DNA of 64,000 nt from Geosiphon pyriformis uo1 (taxonomy: Eukaryota > Fungi > Glomeromycota). Of this stretch, positions 40,001-53,837 are shown one piece after another (within the stretch, counting starts at the first letter, position 1; the number at the start of each line of letters is the position of its first letter). The notes under the pieces were generated by a model. That model did not search any database and was not told the origin of the DNA. It saw only the letters and a list, made by a program, of their open reading frames with translations. Location: positions 124,001-188,000 of the forward strand of contig JAAOMT010000703.1 in assembly GCA_016748015.1 (NCBI GenBank), given 5' to 3'. A program made the position numbers and the translations under genes.

Positions 40001-43000
40001 AAACATGGTTTATTGTCTCATTTCCCAACTTGTTTTAGTCTTCTAAAGCATTTAATAATGCATGAGTGGCAGTAGAATTTGGTTGCTAAAGTGTACTCCT
40101 TATTGTCGCCACAACAAGCACCCATTGACAACAATCTTTTGCCACAATTGACACATACCAGTTTTGGGCAATGATAAGTGGATTGTTGGGATGTAATATA
40201 GAAATTATAAGTAATGGTGCTGTCAGGTGTTGGTTTTTCTTCCTTCTCCTTTCCTTTTCACTTTTTATTTTCTTTCCACTCCCAATTTATTAGTTCTTTC
40301 TGGTCATTGTTGGTTTCCTGGACTTGGTCAGTGTTCCAGGTAAGTTTTTTCTTCTGTTTTCTTTTGTTGTTGTCATCTCAGGATAGTATCAGTGGTAGTT
40401 TGTTGTGGTCATTATCAGCTTACGAGACCTGATAAGCTTCCCAGATAGGTTTTTCTTTTTTTTCTTCGAAGTTAATGAGTGGTTGCGTTTTAATGCTAGA
40501 TTTGAAATAGCCACACATTGCTGGTACTCATGTGTGTCAGCCATTTTGACTGATTTGCAACTCTTGTGTTGTTTAGTCAAGCATTGCATTGGTTTTGGAT
40601 AGCCACTTATTACCAATTAGAGCTTGGTATTGAGTAGTTTTCATGACCAGAACTTTGATTGGTACTGTAATACCATTGACTTTAATTGGGAAGTTGTCTA
40701 TTTCACCAATAGAAGTTTTAGTCACTCCATCAGCTGTAATAATTCTGGTGCTGGCAGCATGATCAACTTGGTAACCTAATTGATCTATAAGTTGCTTGGT
40801 AATAATACTGCCAGCTAATCCACTATCTAGAATCAGTTTGATGGTGTGGCCATCAACTTTCACATTAGTGTACATGGCAGTAATTGGTTTGGTGTCAAGA
40901 GCAGCTCCATTAAATAATAAAACTGGTGTAGTTTTCTCGAATTCGAAATAAAAAATAGCTACTAAAGATTTGTCATTGGAGATGGTTGCTAGTGAGATAT
41001 TGCTGATAAGTGGCTGTTTCTGGTTGGGTTTCAGATTGTTAAAGATGGCATCTTTTGGGGTAATCAAGAGACTTAAATAGTGTTGGAAATTCATATTTTG
41101 GGCATGCCCAGTTCCCAAATTCTAAGAGTGTGGTTTTGTTAATTGGTGAGAGGAACTGGAGATTGGTTGGTGAACAACCATCACTGATTTCTAGTTTTAA
41201 GTGACTCTTAATCTGAGATTTTCTGATGTTATTTGAGGTGGGTTTGGTGGCAGTGTTTAAAGTTGTTGGGGTTAATAAATTACTGGTGGCTGTGGTTGAT
41301 ATGTTGCTGGCAACTGCAGTTGATAAATTGAATGTTGATATACTGATAATTGATAAATTGGCTGCTGTATTATTGGCAAATAATTCTGATAATATAGCTC
41401 TGAGTTTGGTGAATTATCCAAAGTTTGAAACTAGTGATTAGGGTTTCGATATTAATTTCCCGATTGTTGGTTATTTAAGCAATGGCAGCAGTCAATTTGT
41501 AGGTGTTTTTGTTTATCACAATAGCGGCAAACACGTATTTCCTGTTGTTATTGTTGATTGGTTAACAATATTGAACATAATTAATTATGGAAATAATTAG
41601 AGTTTCCTTGATTATTGCATTGCTGTGGAGTTTGATAGATTGCTTGATTATTGTTAACTAAGTATCCCTCTAATTTTTGATTTATTAATTCACTGAATTG
41701 CTTCAATTTGGAATCCAAGTCAGATGATCTGTTCATTACTAGATTTACTGTTTGGGTGTGATTGGTCTCTAATTCAGTGGCTTCAAAATTTTTGGCATTT
41801 GTGATAGCTGCTTGTAGATCAACAGGATGTATTGGACATACGCATTGCAAGATGCTACTGTGTAATCCACAAATAAATTGATTTAGGATCTGGACCACTG
41901 TAAAATAATTGGCATCGATGGCTTGGATCTGGTGTTGTTACTTATAAAAAGAAAACAAATATAGAAAATAGCAAACCAATAAGAAAATAGTATTTAGCAT
42001 GTGAGCACATTGCTCAGCAAGGGGGAACAATGTTAGAAATTATGGCACATTACTTAGCAATGTGGAGCAATGTCAGAAAACATGGCATATTACTTAGCAA
42101 TATGGAGTAATGTTAGAAAATTAGAGCACATTGCTCAGCAATGTAAGCATTGTTCAAGAAATCATAGCACATCGCTCGGGAATGTGAGCAATCTCATAGA
42201 ACATCAATTATGTATATATAGCGATAGCATTAGAAGTAGAAAGATAAGAATCCTTTAGTTAAAAGTTGTCTATTTACAAATATTAAATAAATAAATTATT
42301 TACCATCCAAATCCACTCTCCACTATCAACACTTCATGTTGAAAGTAATTAATACTTAACCATGTTGGAACAATAGCTCTTGATCATGGCTATTAACGAG
42401 ATACTAACTTGCACATCACCTTGGCTTATTTCTTTATTTTCTTTTATTTTCTTTTTTTCTTTGATTTTATTATTATATACTAACTGATTAAGGATTAAAG
42501 TGCTGGGTAATTGACATCACGAATAGCCTAGTAAAAGACCTAGAAATAAGTGTAAAAATTATATATATATATTAACAGATAGCTTACCAGAAGAGTACAA
42601 CTGCCAGAATAAACCAGCCACCAAGCTGAAGACAGAAATTGGGAACACAACTCACCAACCAACTACATTGTCATTGAATCTCTGTTCATTATACAAAGGA
42701 CTTAACTCTAAAACCTTCAGATACAACTAATGTATCAGTATTACCAATATTGTCAAAATATTAAGCACCAAGTTACAGATTTGTTATTTGATTTGAAACC
42801 CCAAATAATCATCTATAACAGTGCAGATTCCTGTAGAGGCATCCTAAGTAAGTAGTGACTGCTTTGGTTTTTCCTTGTTTAATGGTTGTGAAGATATTTG
42901 CTAGTCTATTAATCCTGTTATTATTGCTGAAGTATCTTAAGAACTTAATTTTGAATGCATTGAAATCTTGGGGTTTGTTGACCAGGCTTTGGTACCATAA

Positions 43001-44123
43001 ATTGACAGTATCCTGGAAAAAATATGGGATGGCTTGTATGGCTCTGGTGTCATTCCATCCATTAGCCGTGATGGCTTTTTCTATATTATTGAGCCATACT
43101 TGTATGTTGTTCTTCTTATCTGTGAATTTCTTGAGTTTTGCTATTGGAGTGTAGGTCATTAGATCTACATTTAGTTGCTGTGGTGATTAAAGTGATAATT
43201 GAATTTGGAGTTGTGGCAGTGTCTGTTGTTGTGAAGCAACTGGTGGTGGGTTAATGACAATGACTGAAAATAAATGTTGTTGATTATTAATGTCAGGGTT
43301 TTGATCATTTTGATTTTACTAATTTTGAAAATTCAAAGTTTTGACTTTCAGATTTTCTAAATTTAGATTTTGCTAAGTCTGAAAGTTTGGGGTTCCAATG
43401 TCTGGATTTTCTGGAATCAGGTTCTGGTAAGTAAATTCTTGATCTTTAGCTTTTTTTTTTTCTCTTCGTCTGATTTTGTTATCTCCCAGGAACTTGCATT
43501 TCTGAAATCTGGTTGAGATGGCAGTGATCAGAATCCTAATGGCATTGGCAATCACAATTTAAATCTTTCAAAATAATCACCATAAGTTCTTAATAATTCT
43601 GCTTTTTTTTGTTTACTTTGAAATGGGAGTTGTCCAAATGTTGATGTTATGTTTGATGTGGATACACCTGTTGATGAGATATTGATAGTGCTTCTAGATA
43701 TATAGTGGTATAATGGATTGGTTGGTAATTCAACTCTGGTTTTCTTCCAAGTGGATAGTTGTATCCTTTGGAGTGTCACTGCTAGTGTTTGCAGTTTTCT
43801 TTTTTTTTACTGGAATATGTAATTGGGTATCTTTGTTAGGTGTGATATTCAATTTCTTTATTGATTTCTGTGATGATAGATGCAAAATTGTGGTTTGTTG
43901 ATAGGCTAGTGTTTTGAATTAATTTATTGTAAAAGGTTTCTCTTGCTGACTCAGTATTTACTGGTGTTCTTAACAGATAGACAATTTTCTTGTTGACATA
44001 GAAATTGAAGACTGATTCCGCTGATATGTGATTATGGTTTAATCCCAAATGTTAATAGTAGTGTTAAAATAAGGATTTCGTGAATTCTAAATGGTTTGCT
44101 CCTATTCTTTCTGATTCTGCCAC
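37044..44123 (-). pseudogene. gag-protease-Cys-rich-dUTPase-RT-RNase H polyprotein of A1 (decayed, interrupted by a solo LTR)
   Basis: Capsid WLNNIEKAITANGWND; knuckle CRYCDKQKHLQIDC; protease LILDSGLAGS; dUTPase QLASRSSLAKKGINIREEIID; RT SPWLSPVVLV and FCVDYQKLN with YLDD decayed to YLNN; RNase H IITTNAL..AVLSQ and VAYASQSLS. Confidence 0.9.
41936..42820 (+). mobile_element. Solo LTR (family A R/U5 with a variant U3) inserted in gag of A1
   Basis: TGTTACTTATA...ATCTATAACA; flanks GTGT/GTGC (4-bp TSD). Removing it restores YRNLH|QIQAIDANYF. Confidence 0.9.
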
Positions 44124-44186
44124 TTTTGGAATAGGTATAATTGGTGCTGGTTTTCTATAGAATTATATCTTACAGGGAGCATCAAA

Positions 44187-45044
44187 TGTTACAGATAATT
44201 ATTTGGGGTCTCAAATCAAATAACAAATCTATAACTTGGTGCTTGGTTAGTATTCTGGTGAATATCTAAAGGTTTTGTTGTAAAGTTCTTTGTATAATGG
44301 ACAAAGATTTGATGATGATGTGGTTGGTAAGTTGTTTTTCTAATTTCTGTCTTCAGCATGGTGGCCAGTTTAATCTGGCAGTTGTGTCCTTCTGGTAAGC
44401 TATCTATTAATATATATATTTTTACCCTTATCTCTGGGTCTTTTACCAGGCTATTTGTGACATCAATAATTCAATGCTTTAATTCTCAATCAATTAGTAC
44501 ACAACAATAAGATCAAAACAAGAAAAAAAATAAAAACAATAATAAAAAAGATAAAGAAATAAATAAAAGCAATTACAAGTTAGTATCCCGTCAATAGCCA
44601 TAATCAAGAGCTATTGTTTTAGTGTTTTTAAGTATTAATCACTATCAACATAAAGTGTTAATAGTGGAGAGTGGATTGAGATAGTGAATAATTATTCATT
44701 TAATATTTGTGAATAGAAGGGTGCTTAGATCAAATCTAAACTAGGAGGTCTTCTAACTAAAGGATTCTGTCTTTTTTACTTTTAACACTACTGCTATATA
44801 TACATAATTGAGATTTTTCAATTCCTTAATTTTTCACACCAGGAATCTTAGAATTTCTGGAATCCTGCAATTCTTTTGAAAGGAATTCTGGAATTCTGGA
44901 ATTCTGCAATTCCTTGTACAAGAATTCTAAAATTCCTGGAATTCTGCAATTCTTCTAAGAAGAATCTTGAAATTTCACATTTACTGTGCCTATTTCTGAT
45001 TGGCTAATTTATGCTAGTATTCTTCTTATATTCTATAAGTAACA
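44187..45044 (-). repeat. 5' LTR of A1
   Basis: TGTTACAGAT...AAGTAACA; the PBS remnant follows on the minus strand. Confidence 0.92.
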
Positions 45045-46312
45045 CCATCATGCTAGAAAAAAAAATTAATAGAATAACTATTCTGAAAAACTATTGAAAC
45101 AACCATTAAATTTCTGTTTATTATACAAAAGACTCTACCAAAATCTTCAAATTATGAAAATTTTTAGATATTTCTAATACCACTCAACTTTTGAGCACCA
45201 AGTTATAGGTTTGTTTTTTGTACCAACATTCCAAATAATTATTTGTAATATTTGGTGTTCTCTGTGAGATATAATTTAGCAAAGAACCAACACCAACAAC
45301 AATCATTAGTAACAATAGCAAAATCAAAAAAAATAAGAACAAACTACTAAAAATTCATAAAAGCTTTATTCTAATACTATCAAACTCACCTAAAATTAAC
45401 AAATAACCATTAGCCAGCAGAATCAAATTTTAACTTTTACATTAACAAAAAGATTAAATCTTACTTAGAAGACCAAAAAAATCCAGAAACAACACTTAAT
45501 AATTTCTATAGTAAATTATTTCAAAGTATTATACTTCCACAAAATTATTTGTTTGTCCCAATAATCACAAAAATTAACCGAGAAATTAAGAAACACACCA
45601 GATAGTAATTTCTTATTATCTTTGCAGATAATGAAAAAAGAAGATTACAAACACCAGCCAAAATACCAAGAAAAATACAATCACCTGCTTAAAAGAAACC
45701 AAGAGTAGTTTTACTTATTTACTTATCATATTATTACATGCCTAGAAATACTATTAATATATTATCAAAAGTTATATTATTATCAGTAAAAACATCATCA
45801 ACAAAAATAACATTTTAAAGCCAACAAGAAAAAGCCAATTTATTAGGAACTTAAAGCAATTTTTTTGAAGGATTTAAATTGTAATTACCAACACCATCAA
45901 AATTTTGATCATCACCACCTCAACTTAATTTCAGAGCGACTAGTTTTTAAAAAAGAACTGACTTAAAAAAAAAGAAAAACAAAGATCAAAAAGTTAATTA
46001 TTAAAACCCAATCTCAGAAAACCCAAAAATTCAAACTCTGATTATTTCAATTCAGCAAAACCCAAATAATCCAAACCCAGTTTTTATTGTTTCTTAAAAC
46101 TTACTTCAAGTAATTATAATTAATTCACTACTAGTTGTCTTAATTGCCATATAACAATAACAACCACAATCACAACTTCAACCACCACTACAACAATCAT
46201 TTCAACCATAATTACAACAACAACTGATTATAGCACTAATGGCATATACACCAATTGCCAAATTAAAAAAATTCAATAACAAGAAAGACAATACCCAAGT
46301 TTAATTAAATGA

Positions 46313-47706
46313 TATTACCAATGGTTTTTGTCAGTATTTAAAAACATTTTTTAGCTCAACTGGTAACACATATTACTATAATTATGCTACTAATTATAGC
46401 ATATCATGAGTGTATGGACTATTTCAGTAGATGAGAGAGTGAAAAGGAATATGTAATAAGGTCATTAAAAGTAAAAGAAAGTATTGTCATTATTATTTGT
46501 TTTTGGGCAAGAACCAGTCTTAGATATTTGAAAAGGAGAAAAAAAAGTCACATCTCTTTATATGTATCTGAAGTACAACTAGCAACAAGAAAAAACCAAA
46601 ACTACTTAAGAAAATTGTAACCAGAATTCTTTTAATTAGTTATTAAAAGAGTGTGGTATTCAAATGTCTGCTTTAAAAATGAAGTTATAGGAATTATAAA
46701 AGATTGTAAAAACATAACTGAAATAAATTTAAACTTTTTATTGTTGAGACTATTCTCTAATAATGTGATACTTTATTACTTATTTAATATTTTAACAACT
46801 TGTTCAGTAAAACAGAACTTAATGTAAAATGGTAATAACACATGATTTGGAAGATCAGAAGTAATAGAAAGCTTGATAATATTGTTAACAAATAGATAAG
46901 AAGTTATAAATAATGTGATTCCAAATAGTGATAAGAAATATAAGATAACATACTTGAGATTGTGATGACAAGTATTTAGAGCATAGAAAAAGAGAAAGGG
47001 AGTGTAAAAGTAGAGAAGAGGACTAACTGCTCACTATAAAACTATAGCAAAGAGTTGGCTCAGTATTGAACTAATGCTTTTCTGAGCTGACAGAGAAGCT
47101 GTATATATAGCTAAATTACATCAGATCTACATACTATATTAAGACTATTAAAAATATATCAATTATATATATATTAATTTAATCAATTCATGATAAGCTT
47201 ATTCAGCATGTTATTTTCTTAGAGCTAGTGATTTTTAGATGATCAGATTTAGATAGCTGGATTTAGAACATTAATTGTAAATCAATGATACCAATTGTGA
47301 TTATGATCAATGTAATCAGAAGTAGATCAATTGATTACATTTCTTGATAATTACTTTTAATCATTGATCACAGATCTGGAATATTAGATTGTTCTAATAA
47401 AGACATATAAGAATTTTAAAGCATAAAAAAACCTATTATTATCTGATTATATGTGTCAATCATTCATTTCCATTGGTGTTTCTTAGTTTGCCAAGATTTC
47501 TTTATATCCAACTTAGTTAAACTGTTGGATTGTGCCATATTTTTTTGTTGTAATTGGATTGATTGCTAATCATTTATTTTCAGATTGCCAGTTAATTTGT
47601 TGATTAAATACAATAATGTAGACCTTTTTCACATGATTTTGATGTTAATTTCCGTTGTATATGTTGTAATTTTTGCATTGAAAAGTGTGAAAATCTTTTA
47701 GTAATA
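46313..47706. mobile_element. 1.39-kb insertion, probably a solo LTR of an unrelated family (D), in gag of A2
   Basis: Perfect ATGA duplication (46309-46312 / 47707-47710). Ends TATTACCA...TAGTAATA (decayed TGTTACCA/TGGTAACA). Removing it restores LNDITKAIAVNN. Internal TATA at ~47101-47110; no coding signal. Confidence 0.7.
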
Positions 47707-50700
47707 ATGATATTACTAAAGCCATTGCAGTCAATAATTAGAACAATGCTAGAGTTCTCCAAGCCATCTTATATTTTCTCCAAAATACTACTGATTTGTA
47801 ATATTAAAGCTTGATCTAGAAACTTTAAAACTTCAATGAATTCAAAATTGAATTTTTAAGATACTTTAGCAATAATAATAGCATTAATTACTTGACAACA
47901 GTATTCACTATTATCAAATAGGACAATATTAAAGCAGTTACTACTTATTTAGGATGCTTCCACAAAAATTTATACCAAATACAAATAATTAATGTAAATA
48001 ATTTCACAGCACCACAAATTTTAAATCAGTTTATTTGTGGCCTGTATAGTAGTCTCTTATAACACATATGCTTATTACATCTCCAAATGCTTTAAGATAC
48101 AGTCACAAATATTTGAGATTTTAAATCGGCTGAATTAGAAGCCAACTATGTTCAAGCCATAAATCTAGAAATAAACAGATTATCTGACTTGAATTCTAAA
48201 TTAAAACAATTCAGTAATTCAATCAACCAAAAGCTAGAGGAATACTTAGCTAATAATTAAGTAATTTATTAGTCTTTACAATGTCACAATAATTAAAGAA
48301 ACTCAAATTGTCTCCAAAATCAACTGTGTTTATTATTATCAAACAATTAACAGTGGTGATCAAAGATGTGTAGTTGTTACTATTGTGGTAAACAAGAACA
48401 TTTGCAAATCAATTGTTGTACATAATTAAATAATTAATATTCAAGAAATCAATATTAAAACTCTAATTACTGATTTGAAATTCTGAACAATGCCAATAAT
48501 TAAATATCTAAACAATACTACTATTAACCATTAATATAGCCGATTTATTAGTCATCAATTTATTAAACTCCAACACCAGTAATTTATCAGCCACTGCAGT
48601 CCCAAATAATATATCAACTTAATAAATTCAAATCCAGCTCCAGAATTTATTTTTCAATAAAAGCCAAAGACCAAAAATAACTCAAATTTGCCAGAATTAA
48701 AGATTAGCAATAGTAATATACCAACCAATCTTTATTTTAACAGCCCAACAATCTGGATTATGACAACAAAATTTAAGAACTAACTATGCCCAAAATCTAA
48801 ACACCTAACACTATTTAAGTCTCTTAGTATTCCCAAAAATCATCACATCCAACTTATTAAAAACCAACCAAAACCAACTTATATTTATTAGCAATATTCT
48901 ACCAGCTATTATTACAAAAAACAAATTACTTGTAACCATATTCTTCTTTAAAATAAAAGAATTAATCATGGCATTTCTATTAAGTAAAGCCATTTTCAAT
49001 ATTAAACTAATCACTACTATGTATATAAATGTCAAAGTTAATGACTATTTTATTAAACTAATCCTTAACAGTAAGTCAACAGACAGTATTTTACATAACA
49101 ACTTATGGACCAGCTAAATTACTAAGTTGATTACATTATTAGTGCCAAAATTATCATTATCAATAGAGCAACAAAAATGTCTATTGGTAAGATTAACAAC
49201 TTTTTGTTTAAAATCAATGGCATTACAACATCCATTAAAGTTCTTATTATGAAAGCTATCCAATACCAAACTCTTATTAATAATAACTGGCTGTTCAAAA
49301 CTAACATAATATTTAACTAAAACACTCAAGAATTACAACTAAGCCAAAATGATCAGAACATTTAAGTACTAGCCATTTGCAGTTATTTTAAGACCACTAC
49401 TAACAAGCAATTATTAATTAAATTTGAAAAGAAAAAAAAAACCTATTTGAAAAGCCTATCAAATTTTGTGGACTAAAGAAAAACACAACATGTTATTATC
49501 TATATCTACTTGAAAAAAAAAAAAAAAAAAAAAAGAAGAAGAACTTTAAGCTACCATATTCATTTATATTTCATATATTACTACATTCTAAAAACAGACA
49601 AATTATCATTGACTTAAGCTAATATGTGTTGATTGTAACAAAAAATTGTTTACAATAGATATATATTATGGTGACAATAAGAAATAGCCAATAGCAACCA
49701 AATATTATTGTTACTCATGTGTCTTTGAATACTTTAAATAACCCAAACAACAAAAAAAATATGACAATAAGTCTTGTTTAGCATGTAAAACAATTTTTCT
49801 TGACAAAAAAATATGGAATAACATTTTTGGACAAAGAAAAACATGTAATAAATTATGTCAATACATAATTCTAATTAATGACTGAATATAAGAAAGAACT
49901 TTAATCAATACTGCCTAGAAATAAGTGCTAAAATAATTGAAAAGTTATCTACATAACAAGCATGAAATCTGAAAAATAGTAAGTACTAAAACAAAAGGTG
50001 CTTTAATCAATAAGATATTGGAAATCAAAAACAACTCACTAACACTTCCTGAATTCAAATTTGTTGTAATTTTTGATTTTAATAACAATGTCATAAACAA
50101 TTCTGAGCAATTTTATAAGCACAACCAAGACTTGGCACCAACTTATGAAAAGCAAGAGCAAAGGCTAAAACAATTAAATATAAGGCTGTATAAACACTGT
50201 CTAATTTCCAATGACTTCAAATATTGTGATAATTGTAATCTTATCTATAATTCACTATCATATATGATTTATTTAATCCTTAAAGAAAAAAAACCAATTA
50301 GCAAATGTACAGCAGAATTGGAATCAAAATTTAATCTTAATTCAAACTCTAATAATGACAACAACTATGATTTTAATTCCATCCACTATGGCAATAACAA
50401 TGATAATTCAAACTTCAATTATAATTTCAAACAATATATTGCACTTCCAGATCTATTAATGGAGCAAAAACTAAAATAGTTCAACAATAATAATGAAAAT
50501 ATTATACCAGAAAATACACATAATACCAATGCAAAATTTGATCTTAGGTACTCAGAGAAAATTGTTATTAGATTGGAACCATATTTGCATACTAGTATAA
50601 ATCTAAAAATAGCACTGAAAATTCTGGTAACAATAATGATTTAATTAGCATTTAGATCTAATTTAACAAAAAAAAAGATTAAAATTAGAAGAGAAATAAT

Positions 50701-51104
50701 TAATGCAGAATATATAGGAAATATTATTGCAATACTACAAAACAATTCAGAAAAAAGATATATAATTAAACCAAATAAAAAGATAACACAGACAATATTC
50801 TTACTTCTGGTAAAAATAGCTCAATTAATGCCAGTTAAAACAAAAAAAAAATTAGGGATCACAGCCAAAGAGAAAAATGAATTTAGATTAACAGATAAAA
50901 TAGATATATCAGTTAATATAACAGAAGAAAAACTAATTAATAAGAGAAAAATTATTTTTACCAATCAATCAGTTTCTATTTTATCATATGACCAGTAATA
51001 TTAGTAATAGAAAAAAAAGTGAAAGACCAACCACAGATTTTTAAAGTGGAACCAACTATTTGTGAATCAAAGAAGATTGGAATCACTAATTTTTACATAC
51101 CTGC

Positions 51105-51973
51105 TGTTACGGGATGGTTTTCTTGTTATATTTAATTGCTGATATCCCACTTTAATTGCAATCAGTCTTTCATGAGTTCCTCAATTCTATTTGTGTGATA
51201 ATGTCACTGTTACACTGAAGGCTTTCTTTTTACTGTTGTGATGTAAGTTATTCTTTAATTCTTGATTGTTGTGTGTGTTTATGTACTCCTTCTCAGAGGC
51301 TGAACTGAAATCTACCCACTGTCTGGGGTCTTCTCTGAGGCTATCCTTGCAATTGCCTGATGTGTTTCTCTAATCTAGAAACACAGAATGTTAATGGTTT
51401 TTAGTGCTTTTCTAATTCTCACAATAAAGCTTTTATCAATTAGTAACAACGTGAATAATCTTGATCAAGGATTATTCTTCCAAGGGATTCAGTTGATGAA
51501 TGATAGTTTCATTCAATAAATAATACAAGTAAGTTTCTTAATACTTTGGGTTGTGATAGTTCCGTTTTAAATATTCTTTTTCATTTCTTTTTGATTTTTA
51601 AAGGTTTCTTGGGATATTTAATTTGAAAGTATGATTTAAAGTGGAGTTTGTCGGATAAAATTGGATCTGTTGCTTGATAAGTTATGATTTTTATTACTTG
51701 ATTTTTTTTATTTCCCAATATTAAAACTACTGTATATATACATGTTTATAGTTCTATGAGAAAATACTTTCTTTTTGATATTTTAACCTGGTGTTTGCTG
51801 CTATCACCAGTTGGTGTTAACTGCTATTGTGAACTGGTGCTTGCCACTATCACGAGATGGTGTTTGCTACTATGTTAATTATTACCTTTCTAAGATTATT
51901 ACTGTGCTATATTATGATTGAATAGTTTGTATTATTTTTATGATTCTTTTTGCTAAATTCTTAAACCATAACA
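51105..51973 (-). repeat. 3' LTR of B (869 bp), containing about four 23-bp repeats at 51789-51875
   Basis: Direct repeat of 59627-60211; units of the type tggtgtttgctgctatcaccagt. Confidence 0.95.
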
Positions 51974-51988
51974 TTATCCCCTCCTTTC
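51974..51988 (-). promoter_or_regulatory. Polypurine tract of B
   Basis: Minus strand reads GAAAGGAGGGGATAA immediately before the 3' LTR. Confidence 0.9.
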
Positions 51989-52097
51989 AAGATTGAGCTC
52001 CGTCAAAATCGAAGTTAATTTCTTCATTAAATTCTAAGTTACTATAGTGGTTCAATACTGTGTTATTAATTTGTTGTTGTAATTCTTGAAATTGCGA
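51987..52097 (-). pseudogene. C-terminus of ORF3 in element B (remainder lost in an assembly gap)
   Basis: SQFQELQQQINNTVLNHYSNLEFNEEINFDFDGAQS*, versus A1 AQFEELQNKITQIIL...DFNGAQY*. Confidence 0.6.
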
Positions 52098-52098
52098 G

Positions 52099-52383
52099 NN
52101 NNNNNNNNNNNNNNNNNNNNNNNNNNNNNNNNNNNNNNNNNNNNNNNNNNNNNNNNNNNNNNNNNNNNNNNNNNNNNNNNNNNNNNNNNNNNNNNNNNNN
52201 NNNNNNNNNNNNNNNNNNNNNNNNNNNNNNNNNNNNNNNNNNNNNNNNNNNNNNNNNNNNNNNNNNNNNNNNNNNNNNNNNNNNNNNNNNNNNNNNNNNN
52301 NNNNNNNNNNNNNNNNNNNNNNNNNNNNNNNNNNNNNNNNNNNNNNNNNNNNNNNNNNNNNNNNNNNNNNNNNNNNNNNNNNN
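52099..52383. other. Assembly gap (N run)
   Basis: 285 N. Confidence 1.
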
Positions 52384-53808
52384 ATATTTTATCATCTAGT
52401 CTTAGCTTGTATGCTCTATTTCCAAGTATTTTGTGAATATAAAATGGTCCATCCCACTTGTGATCAAATTTTCCACTCCGTTTTTCCATTTTTGTACGAT
52501 GCAACAATACTTTATCTCCAATTTTGTAGCTAATTATATTATCTGGTAACTGGTTATCATGTCTCACTTTTTGTTGTTTTTGTGATTGTTCAATATTTTG
52601 TGCTGCTTTTCTTCTTTTGTTTTCTAAAGTTCTCATTAATTTGTATGTTCTTCTAAGTAGTGTTTTCTGGAATATTGCTTCCGTGATAGTGTCACTTGGA
52701 TAAGTTGGGATAGTAAGTTCAATAGGTAATGTGGCTTTTCTTCCATAAACTAGTTCAAATGGTGTGAATTGTGTAGTATCTTGTTTTACTGTTCTATATG
52801 CTAGTAGTACTGCTAGTATGAACAAATTCCATTCTTTTTCATGTTTGTTACTAATTTTCGCCAGTGATTCGCATAATGTGCAATTAAATCTTTCAACTAA
52901 TCCATTTGTTTGAGGGTGGTATGGTGATGACAGTGGTCGCTTGATTCCAAATTTTTGGCTAAGTTCTTTTAAGGTGCTGTTTACGAAGTGTGTGCCTTGA
53001 TCTGATAGCAATTCTTGTGGACATCTATGTGNNNNNNNNNNNNNNNNNNNNNNNNNNNNNNNNNNNNNNNNNNNNNNNNNNNNNNNNNNNNNNNNNNNNN
53101 NNNNNNNNNNNNNNNNNNNNNNNNNNNNNNNNNNNNNNNNNNNNNNNNNNNNNNNNNNNNNNNNNNNNNNNNNNNNNNNNNNNNNNNNNNNNNNNNNNNN
53201 NNNNNNNNNNNNNNNNNNNNNNNNNNNNNNNNNNNNNNNNNNNNNNNNNNNNNNNNNNNNNNNNNNNNNNNNNNNNNNNNNNNNNNNNNNNNNNNNNNNN
53301 NNNNNNNNNNNNNNNNNNNNNNNNNNNNNNNNNNNNNNNNNNNNNNNNNNNNNNNNNNNNNNNNNNNNNNNNNNNNNNNNNNNNNNNNNNNNNNNNNNNN
53401 NNNNNNNNNNNNNNNNNNNNNNNNNNNNNNNNNNNNNNNNNNNNNNNNNNNNNNNNNNNNNNNNNNNNNNNNNNNNNNNNNNNNNNNNNNNNNNNNNNNG
53501 ATTATGTCTGAGCTCATTTTTGGCCAATAGTAACGGCTAGTTGCACGTTGGTTGGTTGCTGTTTTTCCAAAGTGGCCTGAATGAATATCTGAGTGCATGT
53601 TAAATAAGATAGTTTCTTTTTCATCCGTGGTTATAACTCTTAATAGATTATCTGGATTTTGTCAATTCCAGTAATAAAGTATGTGATTTTGGATGAAATA
53701 GTGTTTTGCTAATTTTTGGAGCTTAATTAGCTCTTTTACTGGCATTTCTTTGTCTATTTGTAGTGTTTCTAAGTATTGGCTGAGGTTTTTGTAAAGGTGG
53801 TTGTTCAT
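52384..53808 (-). pseudogene. Integrase of B (gapped, one internal stop)
   Basis: Starts MNNHLYKNLSQYL; HSDIHSGHFG...RYYWPKM; LSDQGTHF; SPYHPQTNGLVERFN; KWDGPFYI (GPF motif). Confidence 0.9.
53032..53499. other. Assembly gap (N run)
   Basis: 468 N. Confidence 1.
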
Positions 53809-53837
53809 TGTTGTTGTGGCAGGTGGGTTGGTGATTT

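Larger units (their letters stand above)
34101..45044 (-). mobile_element. Ty3/Gypsy element A1, full length with both LTRs, decayed; inserted in the 5' LTR of A2
   Basis: Paired LTRs at 34101-34924 and 44187-45044. PBS remnant 44168-44184; PPT 34925-34941. Flanks CTAC/CCAT (inferred CCAC TSD). Domain order gag-PR-dUT-RT-RH-IN. Confidence 0.93.

Noticed and set aside
41990-42200. Repeat array resembling CRISPR (also 580-768 and 51789-51875)
   Set aside because: Degenerate tandem units without unique spacers, inside LTR U3 regions; no cas genes; eukaryotic context
52052-53598. Long ORFs in the ORF track (491, 205, 173 and 171 aa)
   Set aside because: Inflated by N runs; only the integrase segments are real
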